64,000 nucleotides of DNA, taken from Poseidonia sp. GTDB lineage: Archaea > Thermoplasmatota > Poseidoniia > Poseidoniales > Poseidoniaceae. The notes under the pieces were generated by a model. It searched no databases. It was not told the DNA's origin and saw nothing but the letters and a program-made list of their open reading frames with translations. The stretch spans positions 276,753-340,752 of the forward strand of contig CBFIDD010000001.1 in NCBI GenBank assembly GCA_965661285.1, read 5' to 3'. The position numbers were made by a program, and so were the translations under genes. Positions 48,142 to 57,796 of this stretch are shown here, in pieces; positions within the stretch are counted from its first letter, which is position 1, and every line of letters begins with the position of its first letter.

Positions 48142-50646
48142 TCATCGGCCAGCAGTGGGCGTGTGCGCTGCAAAGCTTCTCGCGAACAAAAGTTCCCCAA
48201 CCTTCGGGTCACCCACGGTGAGGACTTCGCTGTCAAAACGCGGCCAGTCATCCACCGGACGTACCAGCCAACCCGCAAAAGGATGGATGCTGAGCAACGG
48301 AACGGGCAGACCCTGCTCATACGCATACACCATCTCGTAAAGGTCCCGAAGATGCTGACGATCGCTGTCCTTTGAGAGGAGATGTGTACCAAGAAGCTGT
48401 TCGGTGCTCAATCGAAAGCCGGGATGCAGCACATCAAGACCGGGGAAACGGGTGGGTTCACCGTCCGGCCTTGCAAGTTGAGCGACCCACGAGCACGAGA
48501 AGGAATCAAGCCAAGACCGCCCCGAGTGACTTCCCAATTGTGTCGTCAGCCACTGACCGGCGAACACGGCCCACCAAGCATGGGGCAGGTGGTCCATCAT
48601 CGTGCGTTGAACCTCGGGAATCCACGGCTCTTTTCGTTGCGCGATACCAAGGCCGACGGCCCAAACATGGAGAACGGTGGAACTGGGCTGCTGAAGGGCG
48701 AGTTTGGAAAAGCGAGCGAGCACGTCTTGCCGCCGCTTTTCGGTGCCCCGCTGCTTGGAAAACACGGCTTCCAGAACCTCCTCTGCGCACATTGGCGCCT
48801 TGAACCAGACTTCGGTGGCTTCCTCAAACGCAGCATGCTGTTCGGATTGATCGGACTGGAGACAGCAAAGAAGACACGTTGCGTAGGCTTGCGATAGCGA
48901 CGCCTCCGACTTCAGCCCATGGCGCCAGCGAAGAACGACGCTCGGGTCAATGTGGGACGTCGCTTGAACCCTGCGCAAGACCAATCCCCGCCAGGAGGCA
49001 CTCCCATTCACCATCGCCACGGGAAGGTCGTCCAAATCGAGCGCGTCAACGGGCAATAGATCTGTCCAGCCTGGGGAAAGGCGAGTGTGCAGACGCTTCC
49101 AACGGGACGGACGATGTTCAGTAGGCGAGGCAATCCATGCAGCGAGCGGATGTTCATGTTCCCACGTGTTGGCCTGCTCTTCATCGCCTGCAGGGTAGAG
49201 GCGCAACGCTTCGGCAAGAATGCGTCCTTCCTCCATCTCAAGCACCTCACCGGTGAATGCTGGTTCCTGCTGCGAGCGGTGGGCGAGCAATTCAATCGCA
49301 TTGGCCGGAAACGACGAGGGCAGAGCGGTGGTTGCGTTCATCGGGGTCCCTTTTGCGTTCAGTTCAATGGAAAGGGTCAAACTCCGCCCGAGGCGAACAA
49401 CAGCGACGCCCATATCTGAGCCGTCGAGAAGAAGAGAACGCCCTTCTACATCTGAGGGGGGCTGGCCACGGCGCGTGAGAACGCTCCGACAACGTGGGTG
49501 TTCAAGCATTCGTCCAAAGAGGGACGTATCCCGTTCTTCGAAGGGCCAATCAACAACAAACGGGATGGAAGCGTGGCGAGTGACGAAGTGAAGCAGAGCG
49601 GATGCACCTCGCGGCGTCATTCCGTAAATGTCAAGGTATCCTGATTTCAGTGGGGCACTGGTCCACGAAACCCGACCAAAATCCATCAGCGCCTCCCGCT
49701 CGAGGAGCGACGGAGAGGAGGACGTGCCCTCCTCCAAGAGCCCCACGAGGCCTTGGAAGAGTTCAGCGATGCGGTCATCGTTCATTCTTGGATGTTTGAG
49801 CGCCAACCATTCGCTGAGTACATCGTAAGGAAGGGTCCGATGTTTCAATGCATGCCGGTCCCCGATCTCAAGCGCATCCTGCGCCATTGCTTTGAGAAAC
49901 AATGAACGATTGATGGAGGAATGAAGGTGGCTGCACAGACCGGGCTCGGGAGCGTAGGTGTACGACGTACCTCTCACGGTTCCAACCGCAACATCCCCTC
50001 TTTCCAACCGATGCGGCGATTGCATTGAGGTGTCTTCAAGCGAGAAACGTTGTCCTTCAACCAATCGTGATTCGCCCCGTACCTCGAAGACCTCACCCCA
50101 AACAAGCCCCACACATTGGGTGGATGGCTCAAAATCAGCGAGTGTGCTTCCCCCCAAAATCGGTGGATCTGCAGGACGACCATCGCTGAGGTGGTGCCAC
50201 CGAATGTTGTTCCTTGGTGCATACACCCAAACCCCCCCTTGATTTCCGGTGGAGGGGAGGTCGCGCTGCGATGGCGAATCCGGAAGAAAGACCAGCGAGG
50301 TATCGGGCACTTCCGTGTAAGCAATGAGGACATTCGCATCGTCAGCGTGGAGCACCAACGGCTGCATGGTTTGACCAAGCGTCTGGGCATATTCCCTCAT
50401 TTTGCTCACCGCATCTTCTGTGAGCCGATCAACCCCCTGTTGGCTGAGAAAAAGAAGGGCGTTTCGTAGCCCGCTTGATTCGTCCCGGGACACGAAGCCA
50501 GCCTCTCGCAGTTGTCGGCATGCAAGTGAAGCGTGCGGCATTCGCATCTCGAAATGACGCGCGATTTCTGAAACAGTGGAAGGTCCGTGTCGAAGCCACA
50601 TCAAGAGCCGCCGATGAACCGTTGATCGTATTGGCCGCGAGGACAT
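48142..50646 (-). CDS. Large protein with N-terminal ArsR/MarR-like winged HTH
   Basis: LLMWL..GPSTVSEIA..F.M.MPHAS.ACRQLREAG.V; remainder unrecognised. Confidence 0.75.
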   Translation of the reverse strand: MSSRPIRSTVHRRLLMWLRHGPSTVSEIARHFEMRMPHASLACRQLREAGFVSRDESSGLRNALLFLSQQGVDRLTEDAVSKMREYAQTLGQTMQPLVLHADDANVLIAYTEVPDTSLVFLPDSPSQRDLPSTGNQGGVWVYAPRNNIRWHHLSDGRPADPPILGGSTLADFEPSTQCVGLVWGEVFEVRGESRLVEGQRFSLEDTSMQSPHRLERGDVAVGTVRGTSYTYAPEPGLCSHLHSSINRSLFLKAMAQDALEIGDRHALKHRTLPYDVLSEWLALKHPRMNDDRIAELFQGLVGLLEEGTSSSPSLLEREALMDFGRVSWTSAPLKSGYLDIYGMTPRGASALLHFVTRHASIPFVVDWPFEERDTSLFGRMLEHPRCRSVLTRRGQPPSDVEGRSLLLDGSDMGVAVVRLGRSLTLSIELNAKGTPMNATTALPSSFPANAIELLAHRSQQEPAFTGEVLEMEEGRILAEALRLYPAGDEEQANTWEHEHPLAAWIASPTEHRPSRWKRLHTRLSPGWTDLLPVDALDLDDLPVAMVNGSASWRGLVLRRVQATSHIDPSVVLRWRHGLKSEASLSQAYATCLLCCLQSDQSEQHAAFEEATEVWFKAPMCAEEVLEAVFSKQRGTEKRRQDVLARFSKLALQQPSSTVLHVWAVGLGIAQRKEPWIPEVQRTMMDHLPHAWWAVFAGQWLTTQLGSHSGRSWLDSFSCSWVAQLARPDGEPTRFPGLDVLHPGFRLSTEQLLGTHLLSKDSDRQHLRDLYEMVYAYEQGLPVPLLSIHPFAGWLVRPVDDWPRFDSEVLTVGDPKVGELLFARSFAAHTPTAGR

Positions 50647-50728
50647 CAGAAGTCACCTTTCGCCCTGCGAGGTATTTGTGTTGAATGTTTTACCAAATAA
50701 AAAACTTACTTAGTTAATTTTAGTTATA

Positions 50729-50743
50729 CATTTCCACTGGAAC
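50729..50743 (-). promoter_or_regulatory. ORB (origin recognition box) core GTTCCAGTGGAAATG in an AT-rich intergenic region
   Basis: Minus strand reads GTTCCAGTGGAAATG, the euryarchaeal ORB core; flanked by AT-rich DNA; no G-string. Confidence 0.55.
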
Positions 50744-50919
50744 TGTGAAAAATAACTTACATCTCATGCCGGTGGTGTTGCAATTACACCGATATATTAT
50801 CACCAAACGTAACCAAATCGTTGATTGAGGGAGCAACGGTTATATGAGCGGCCTCGCTCCTGTAAAATAGCGGCACATTTGAGTGATTACCGCCCTAAAA
50901 ATGACAGGAGGGAACAACC

Positions 50920-51243
50920 ATGAAAACAACACGTATCCGTGAAAAAATCAAGAAATTCTTAGGCGACAGACCACGAAACACTGCAGAGATCCTCGAGCAC
51001 ATCAACAGCACGATGCGACACGGCACCACCAGCCAACAACTCGGCAACGTGCTCTCGAAAGACAAGGACATCGTCAAGGTCGGCTACATCAAGCGCTCCG
51101 GTATTCTTTCTGGCGGCTACGACATCTGCGAGTGGGCCACACGCACCTGGGTCTCCGAGAACTGCCCCGAGTGGGTTGAAGGCACCCCCATCATCGTTGA
51201 CAGTGAAGGCAACTTCATGACCAACAGCGACGAGAAACTTTGA
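50920..51243 (+). CDS. Small winged-helix DNA-binding protein (DUF3860-like)
   Basis: NTAEILEHIN...HGTTSQQLGNVLSKD; GGAGG SD; TTATAT box at 50840. Confidence 0.75.
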   Translation: MKTTRIREKIKKFLGDRPRNTAEILEHINSTMRHGTTSQQLGNVLSKDKDIVKVGYIKRSGILSGGYDICEWATRTWVSENCPEWVEGTPIIVDSEGNFMTNSDEKL

Positions 51244-51247
51244 GGAT

Positions 51248-52036
51248 TTACTCATCCTCGCTGTACTCGATGCCAAGGTTGGACATCACAGCATCCATCT
51301 TTGCCTGTAATCGCCTGAGCTCCGTGTTCACGCCAACCTCTGAGTCGGCCTCCAAAGCCACCACGGTGTTGGTAAAAATGGCGACAAACATGTTCAGGAA
51401 GGTAAACGTGGTCATGAAAATAAACACCACGAAGTAGACGGCGACCCACCAGCCCTCTTGCTGAATCAAATCCCTCACGATTCCGTTTGACCATGACTCA
51501 AGTGTCATCACTTGGAAGAGGGAGAACAACGAGCGTCCGAGGCTTCCGAAATACTCGGGTGAAACAGATTGGAACAGAACGGTGGAAAGAACTGCGAAAA
51601 CATACGTGACCACGAACAGGAGTGTGGCCACAGCAGATAGCCCTCGTATTGAGAAGATGAGAGATTCAGCAACGAGCTTGAGTTCTGGAATTCGTGAAAC
51701 CAATCGGAATGCTCGCAGCACGCGGAACACACGGAACACAGCGAAGAAATCTCGAGCAGGGATCAGCGCAATCCCGACAACGACAAAATCGAAAACGCAC
51801 CAAGGGTCTCGAAAGAAGTCCTTTCCCATCGCATAAATCCTCAAGCAAATCTCCAGCACGAAGACGGCGAGAAACATGCCGTCAATGGTCTCGAGAAAAC
51901 CATCACCTCGTGGACCCCAATCGTAGGTCTCGAATCCAATGGCGATGGAACTCGCGAGAATGGCGATGAAGACGATGTTGTTGAAGCGGTCGGAATCAAC
52001 GAGGGTTCGAATGCGTTGGCGTGTCGCCTCCGACAT
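51248..52036 (-). CDS. Prokaryotic voltage-gated sodium channel (BacNav-like)
   Basis: 6-TM layout; W..FDF; S4 FRVFRVLRAFRLVSR; filter FQVMTLESWS; C-terminal coiled coil. Confidence 0.88.
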   Translation of the reverse strand: MSEATRQRIRTLVDSDRFNNIVFIAILASSIAIGFETYDWGPRGDGFLETIDGMFLAVFVLEICLRIYAMGKDFFRDPWCVFDFVVVGIALIPARDFFAVFRVFRVLRAFRLVSRIPELKLVAESLIFSIRGLSAVATLLFVVTYVFAVLSTVLFQSVSPEYFGSLGRSLFSLFQVMTLESWSNGIVRDLIQQEGWWVAVYFVVFIFMTTFTFLNMFVAIFTNTVVALEADSEVGVNTELRRLQAKMDAVMSNLGIEYSEDE

Positions 52037-52090
52037 GTTGAGGCAAGTATGGAAAAAGGCGTATAATATCTACCCCTGCTCAATCGCGGT

Positions 52091-53038
52091 TCAGTTTCCT
52101 TCGTAGATGGCCATGGCCTCATCAACCGATGCACCTTCACAAATGATGGCGTGGCAGGCGGCGGTCATGCGCACCGCTTCTTCGGTTTCCTTTTGGTGAA
52201 TGTTGCGGCCAGTGGCTGCACCACGGCAGCCAGCGACGTTCATCTGGTCGTGAAGGCGCTGCAGGAAATCACGCGGGGGAAGCGTACCGCCTCCCGAGCA
52301 GATGATGCCCGTTCGTCCAGCGGCCTCAACGGCAATTTTCAGAGACTCGGGCTGCGTCATGCCTTCGAAGGCCTTGGGATAGTTGACCTTGGCGAAATCC
52401 GCTCCGATGCAACTGGCAACGCCCGCGGCGCCCGAGATGAGTTGCGGATCCTTTTCGTCCGCCACGGCTTGTCCACGAGGATACATCCAGACCACTGAGA
52501 TCATGCCGAGTTCGTGAGCCTGGCGAATGAAATGAGCGGCTTCGGTCAGCATCTCATGCTCGTATTCGCTCCCGATGTAAACGGTGTAGCCGATACCGAC
52601 CACGTTGATGCCGTTGTGAACCAGCGACATCACGTCGTCCATGTCCCACAGCGCCTGGCTGATGGGGTCACGTTGAGCGGTCTTGACCAGGTTCGATTTG
52701 GAGTTCAACTTCACGAGGTAAGGCACGTCGGGGTGGTCACGGGCGTACTGGGCGATAAGACCGCACTGGCCTGCAAGAACACCGATGGTGCCTTCCGCAT
52801 GGGCTCGTGCCCCAATTTCGAACAGATGGCCTGGGTCGTTTGAAGACAACGGGATGTACTTACCGCCATCGTAGAAATCGTCGTTCAGGTGCTCAATCTT
52901 CTGGTCGCAGGCAAAGAGGTTCATCGAACCGGTGCCGGCCGTAGCAGCCCCCATGTTGTCAAGGTAGGTCTCGATGAGTTCATCTGGAACATCGGCTGGA
53001 ACGTTGATGTCGTTCATGGAAATCACGTCGTTTGTCAC
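52091..53038 (-). CDS. Class I fructose-bisphosphate aldolase (DhnA/FbaB family)
   Basis: ACDQKIEH, W.YPRG, GADFAKVNYP (Schiff-base Lys), GRNIHQ; GTGA overlap with upstream gene. Confidence 0.85.
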   Translation of the reverse strand: MTNDVISMNDINVPADVPDELIETYLDNMGAATAGTGSMNLFACDQKIEHLNDDFYDGGKYIPLSSNDPGHLFEIGARAHAEGTIGVLAGQCGLIAQYARDHPDVPYLVKLNSKSNLVKTAQRDPISQALWDMDDVMSLVHNGINVVGIGYTVYIGSEYEHEMLTEAAHFIRQAHELGMISVVWMYPRGQAVADEKDPQLISGAAGVASCIGADFAKVNYPKAFEGMTQPESLKIAVEAAGRTGIICSGGGTLPPRDFLQRLHDQMNVAGCRGAATGRNIHQKETEEAVRMTAACHAIICEGASVDEAMAIYEGN

Positions 53039-53901
53039 TCGCCAGTAAAGTTGGCTACACGCTTCTCAACATAAGCGGCGATGCCTTCCTTGGCGTCGCT
53101 GCTGTTGAAGAGGGCTGCTTGGAGTTCACGCTCGAGCGCCAAGTGGTATTCGAATGGAATCTCTGGACCGGTTTGGCAGGAGCGCTTGATGTTGCCGACA
53201 GCCTTGACCGCCTTGTTTGGCAGGGTGAATTGACTGCACCAATCGAGGATGTCTCGGCGGAAGTCATCGGGGTCGCCTTCCCAAATGTGGTTGATGAGGT
53301 TGCAAGCGTGGGCGTCCTCGAAGGACATCAGTTCGCCCGTGACCATCATTTCGAGGGCCTTGGCCTTGCCGATGAGGCGGGTCAAACGAGCGGTGCCGCC
53401 GGTACCGGCGAGCACACCGAGGTTGATTTCAGGGAGACCAACCTTCCCGGAGTTCTTGCGAGCGATGCGGATGTCGGCCGCCATGGCGATCTCAAGTCCA
53501 CCGCCGACGGCGTGGCCGTTGATGGCACAAACAACGAGTTTGGCCGTTTGCTCAAGGCGTGAAAGGGTCTCGTTGGCGTGAAGACAGAAATTGTACTTGA
53601 AGCCGGGGCTGACGCTGTTGAGCATCTGAATGGAAGCGCCGGCCGAAAAGAAGGAGGCACCGTTCCCGGTCAAGACGATGCAGGTGACACTGTCGTCGAA
53701 TCGAGCACGGACGATGGCTTCGTCAATGTCTCGCATCATGCCGTGCGTGTAGGTGTTGGGGGAGCGGTCGTTGGGGCCTTCGAGCGGTGCACCAGCCGAA
53801 TCTGAGGTCAGTTCAATGACGGCAATGCCGTTCTCGGTGACGCCGTAGTTGACAAGTCGGTTGGGCATGGGTTCAAGTTTCAATCCGTAGAGGTCGCTCA
53901 T
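53035..53901 (-). CDS. Crotonase-family enzyme resembling the N-terminal half of BoxC (epoxybenzoyl-CoA dihydrolase-like)
   Basis: NTY...RARFD, FFSAGASIQML...KYNFCLHANET, GGGLE, GLPEINLGVLAGTGG. Confidence 0.75.
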   Translation of the reverse strand: MSDLYGLKLEPMPNRLVNYGVTENGIAVIELTSDSAGAPLEGPNDRSPNTYTHGMMRDIDEAIVRARFDDSVTCIVLTGNGASFFSAGASIQMLNSVSPGFKYNFCLHANETLSRLEQTAKLVVCAINGHAVGGGLEIAMAADIRIARKNSGKVGLPEINLGVLAGTGGTARLTRLIGKAKALEMMVTGELMSFEDAHACNLINHIWEGDPDDFRRDILDWCSQFTLPNKAVKAVGNIKRSCQTGPEIPFEYHLALERELQAALFNSSDAKEGIAAYVEKRVANFTGE

Positions 53902-53924
53902 GCCTTGACCCACTGGGATTGGCA

Positions 53925-55193
53925 TTATGAAGAAATCGCTGAGATTTCTTGCGCTTCACCTTCGGCGTTGCTCGTAAAGGAGGTGTGACCGCCCCCCCGA
54001 CGAACCGCCTCCCACCGAGCCTTGACCTCGAGGGCTGCCTCGCTCTGCTCCCACGTGTCGCGAGGTTTGGCTTTCCTGAACGGCAGACGCCATGGGCGTG
54101 TCCGACCAACCACCCGCTTGAGCATGAACGGTGAAGTCACTCGGAACACGAAGCGCTTGAACAGACTGGGACGAAACAAGTTCCCTATCCATCGCAGTCC
54201 GTCACCGCAACGCTCCTGATCTCGCATCCACTGCACGCACATGCGTTTGAAGGTACGGTCTCCGACCCGGTTCATCAGCCAGCGATTGGCAACACTCGTC
54301 CGGACGTAGGGCAGGAGTTGGCGACGAACTTCCTTTTCGTAGGCCTTGCCTCCGAGCATTTCCTCGGCAGCCAAGACGCCGGACCACACGGCCATCCGCA
54401 TGCCAAAACCCCACATGAAGTCCTGAAGACCACCGGATTCTCCGACGAAATGCTGGCCTGTTTCAGGGACGGTGTAATGCCCGTTGAGGGTGAAATCGCC
54501 TTTCCCACCCACGCGCTTCACGGGCTGCATGTCCATCTCGGGGTAAAGGCGCTGATAGCACGCGATGGTCTCGTTGAGGAAGCGTTCGCTTTTCTTCTGC
54601 TTACGCCACAAGCAGGTGCAAATCAGACCCACGCCGTCGATGACGATGAGGTAGGAATACGCCCCGGGGGCAAGTTTGTCGTTCAGCTGGAACGCAATAT
54701 GGTTCGGGTGTGAGGTGTGAAAGATTTCGCCCAGTGCGATGGCCGAGGTGTCTTTGGGCCCGCAGGCCACGATGTCAGCGTCCTTCTCATCAATGCGAGA
54801 TTTGTAGTGCAAGGTTGCACCGGCCTCAATCGCCATGCGCTTGAAAGCCTGGTCAATCGTATGGTCGGAAGTCCCTCGCTCAACGATGCGGTAGGCGACA
54901 CCGTCGGTCTTGGCCTGGGTCACGACGTCGTCGGGGTGAACCAAATCCACGACCGAAAACGAGGTTGATTTGAACGCCGTTGAATCGAAGCCCCAGCTTT
55001 CGAGTTGGTCGAAGAAATCAGCATCCATGCTCCAATTTTCCAAGGCTTGGAAATCACCGTCGAATCGGGCTCCTGAATCGTGGCGGATGTCGTGAACGTG
55101 AACTTCGCGCCCTGCACGAGCCAGCAACGTGGCGGCCGCAAGTCCCGACAAGCCCGCACCCATGATGGTGATGGGAGCGGAGGCGTCGGCCAT
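53925..55193 (-). CDS. FAD-dependent oxidoreductase (geranylgeranyl-reductase-like)
   Basis: GAGLSG Rossmann motif, APGAYSY, VGESGG.QD...GFGM. Confidence 0.8.
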   Translation of the reverse strand: MADASAPITIMGAGLSGLAAATLLARAGREVHVHDIRHDSGARFDGDFQALENWSMDADFFDQLESWGFDSTAFKSTSFSVVDLVHPDDVVTQAKTDGVAYRIVERGTSDHTIDQAFKRMAIEAGATLHYKSRIDEKDADIVACGPKDTSAIALGEIFHTSHPNHIAFQLNDKLAPGAYSYLIVIDGVGLICTCLWRKQKKSERFLNETIACYQRLYPEMDMQPVKRVGGKGDFTLNGHYTVPETGQHFVGESGGLQDFMWGFGMRMAVWSGVLAAEEMLGGKAYEKEVRRQLLPYVRTSVANRWLMNRVGDRTFKRMCVQWMRDQERCGDGLRWIGNLFRPSLFKRFVFRVTSPFMLKRVVGRTRPWRLPFRKAKPRDTWEQSEAALEVKARWEAVRRGGGHTSFTSNAEGEAQEISAISS

Positions 55194-55244
55194 GGCTTGC
55201 CATGGAGGCGTGAGGTTTGAATGATGCCCTCCACTGGCGTTTGT

Positions 55245-55670
55245 ATGGCAGAACGTGTGGTGGTCGAGGAAGCCCCTGACGTCCTGCATCCGGAGGCGCT
55301 TCGCCAGCGCCTCAACACCGACGACTGCGGAGCCGTGGTGTCCTTTGTTGGTCTCACGAGAGAAACCGAAGGCGAAGCCGATGTGTTGCGTTTAGAATTC
55401 GATGCTTGGCAGGACAAGTTGACGCCCGTGCTCGAGCGATTGGCCAACGAAGCCATCGAACGGCATGGCGTTCTCTCCGTCGCCATGGCACATCGGACCG
55501 GTTCAGTCGGACCGCAGGAGCCCATCGTGGCCATCCACGTCGGCAGTCCGCATCGCAAAGAAGCCTTTCAGGCGTGCGAATGGCTCATTGATGAATTGAA
55601 AAAGCAAGCACCCATATGGAAGAAAGAGGTCACCACCGACGGGGAGACCTGGAAGGAGGGATTGGGTTGA
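55245..55670 (+). CDS. moaE: Molybdopterin synthase catalytic subunit
   Basis: GAVVSFVG.TR, HRTG, SPHRKEAF, K..APIWKKE. Confidence 0.92.
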   Translation: MAERVVVEEAPDVLHPEALRQRLNTDDCGAVVSFVGLTRETEGEADVLRLEFDAWQDKLTPVLERLANEAIERHGVLSVAMAHRTGSVGPQEPIVAIHVGSPHRKEAFQACEWLIDELKKQAPIWKKEVTTDGETWKEGLG

Positions 55671-56119
55671 GTGAGAAATCCATCGAGGGCATTGTCAACA
55701 TCGGCAGCAAACCCGTGGTGGAACGACGGGCAACGGCCAAAGGAAGGGTAATCCTGAACCAGACCACCAAAGCAGCGATTCTGTCTGGTGGGATCAAGAA
55801 AGGCGACGTTTTGGAAGCCTCAACGATTGCGGCCATCCAAGCCGTCAAGGACACCCCACGAATCATTCCCCACTGCCACCCCATACCGCTTGAGGGGACA
55901 TCGGTCGATTGGTCGTGGGAAGGTTCCAGTTTGTGGTGCACGGTCACCGTCAGTGCCCACTACAAAACGGGCATCGAAATGGAAGCCTTAACCGGTGTTG
56001 CCGCCGGTCTGCTCTGTGCCTTTGACATGGTGAAATCCCTCGAAAAGGACGATGATGGCCAATACCCAGTTGCCCGTATCACGGACCTTGAAGTCGTTGA
56101 GAAATTCAAGCGAGCCTGA
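55667..56119 (+). CDS. moaC: Cyclic pyranopterin monophosphate synthase
   Basis: KGDVL, IPHCHPI, TGIEMEALTG, DMVKS; TTG start overlapping the moaE stop. Confidence 0.92.
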   Translation: MSEKSIEGIVNIGSKPVVERRATAKGRVILNQTTKAAILSGGIKKGDVLEASTIAAIQAVKDTPRIIPHCHPIPLEGTSVDWSWEGSSLWCTVTVSAHYKTGIEMEALTGVAAGLLCAFDMVKSLEKDDDGQYPVARITDLEVVEKFKRA

Positions 56120-56160
56120 GTGGAGCAAACTCTATTGGTCGAGATGAACGACCACCATTC

Positions 56161-56784
56161 ATGCTCACCAGCAATTTGCGGCATCCACTGACCCTCCACC
56201 TCAACCTTCGGCGTCTTGATGCAGAATATAGCCATCGTCTGGCAGGAATCGCCTTCTTTGCAGGGTTGACGGCGTTGATGGCACAAGTGTCGTTCATCAC
56301 ACCTTGGACGCCCGTACCGTTTACCCTTCAAACGCTGGGAATCTTGGCCACCGGCGTGTACCTGCGTCGCAACGACGCCATCACCTCGACCGCACTCTAC
56401 GTCGGACTCGGGGCCTTGGGTGCGCCATTCTATGCCGGTGGAGAAAGCGGCATCGTTTCAGCAGGAGCTCTTATCCCCTCAGCGGGTTATTTGCTCGCCT
56501 TCCCTATCGCTTCCGGCCTTGTTGCAGAGGGGCTTGACAGGTCGTTTAGAAAAGGCGTTCCAGATCTCCCAGCACAACTTCTCTGCTGGTCCGTGGCCAT
56601 GCTCCCCGTCTATGCCGCTGGGACATGGTGGCTCGCTCAATCGTACGATGTGAGTTTGGCACAAGCCTACGAATGGGGTACAGCTCCATTCTTGCTGTGG
56701 GACTTTGCGAAAATTTTGGTGCTTGTCGCCATAACCGGCTGGGTCTTTTCCTATCAGAACCCTGCGGACGAAAACCAAGGATAA
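56161..56784 (+). CDS. bioY: Biotin transporter S-component
   Basis: PVPFTLQT, Y..LG..G.P...GG, P..GYL..F, D..K. Confidence 0.9.
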   Translation: MLTSNLRHPLTLHLNLRRLDAEYSHRLAGIAFFAGLTALMAQVSFITPWTPVPFTLQTLGILATGVYLRRNDAITSTALYVGLGALGAPFYAGGESGIVSAGALIPSAGYLLAFPIASGLVAEGLDRSFRKGVPDLPAQLLCWSVAMLPVYAAGTWWLAQSYDVSLAQAYEWGTAPFLLWDFAKILVLVAITGWVFSYQNPADENQG

Positions 56785-56825
56785 GGACCGTTGACTTCAT
56801 TCCCCTCCCGCGCCCAAAGCACATC

Positions 56826-57779
56826 ATGGGCATCACCACCGACCTCTCGCACCATTTCCTCGAGGCCGTTGACCAAGCCGCCATTGCAAGTGCTGCTTGG
56901 CGTGGAAAAGGCGACAAAAACGCAGCCGACGATGCAGCCGTTGAGGCCATGCGCCGAACCTTCGACAACGTACCGTTTGATGGCCGGGTCGCCATCGGTG
57001 AAGGCGAGCGAGACGAAGCCCCCATGCTCTTCATCGGTGAAGAACTTGGCTCGATGGTCGGTGTGGCTGGCGCACCTCAAATTGACATCGCTGTCGACCC
57101 CTTGGAATGCACCAACAACTGTGCCGACAATCAACCCAATTCCATCGCTGTTCTGGCGGCCGCGCCCCGCGGCACGCTGCTGCACGCACCCGATTGTTAC
57201 ATGGACAAGTTGGCTGCTGGTCCTGCCCTCGCCGACCACGTCGCCTTGGAGGGTGGCGTGACCTACAACATCGAACAGGCCATGCACGTCCTGGATTGTG
57301 AGGCGGGTGATGTCCGTATCGTTGCTCTTGACCGAGAACGACACAACGACCTGTTCAAGGAGATCAAAGCGACAGGTGCACAACTTGACCTGTTGGGAGA
57401 CGGCGATGTATCCGGCGCCATTTGGGCGGCCAAAGAGGACGGACCCTATGACATGCTCATGGGTATCGGCGCTGCACCGGAAGGCGTGATTTCCGCCACC
57501 GCCATTCTCGGCCTTGGTGGTCTGTTTGAAGGGCGCTTGGTGTTCCGCTCAGATGAGGAAGAGGCACGTGCGGAAACCATGGTCAACGACGACCTGACCC
57601 GTCTGTGGAAAGCAAGCGACCTCTGCAAGAGTGAAGATGCGGTGTTTGCTGCAGCCGGTGTTTGCGATGGGTATCTTCCCGGTGTGAAAATCGACGCTGA
57701 AACGACGACGACATTCAACGAGTTGATCGACGTGTCAACCAAGACCGTCGTTCGCTCGGACGTGCAGCGCCAGATCTGA
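56826..57779 (+). CDS. glpX: Class II fructose-1,6-bisphosphatase
   Basis: G.GDKNAAD.AAV.AMR, IGEGERDEAPML.IGE, DIAVDPLE.T, YMDK, GDV, G.G.APEGV. Confidence 0.92.
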   Translation: MGITTDLSHHFLEAVDQAAIASAAWRGKGDKNAADDAAVEAMRRTFDNVPFDGRVAIGEGERDEAPMLFIGEELGSMVGVAGAPQIDIAVDPLECTNNCADNQPNSIAVLAAAPRGTLLHAPDCYMDKLAAGPALADHVALEGGVTYNIEQAMHVLDCEAGDVRIVALDRERHNDLFKEIKATGAQLDLLGDGDVSGAIWAAKEDGPYDMLMGIGAAPEGVISATAILGLGGLFEGRLVFRSDEEEARAETMVNDDLTRLWKASDLCKSEDAVFAAAGVCDGYLPGVKIDAETTTTFNELIDVSTKTVVRSDVQRQI

Positions 57780-57796
57780 GACGACGAGGAACGACC

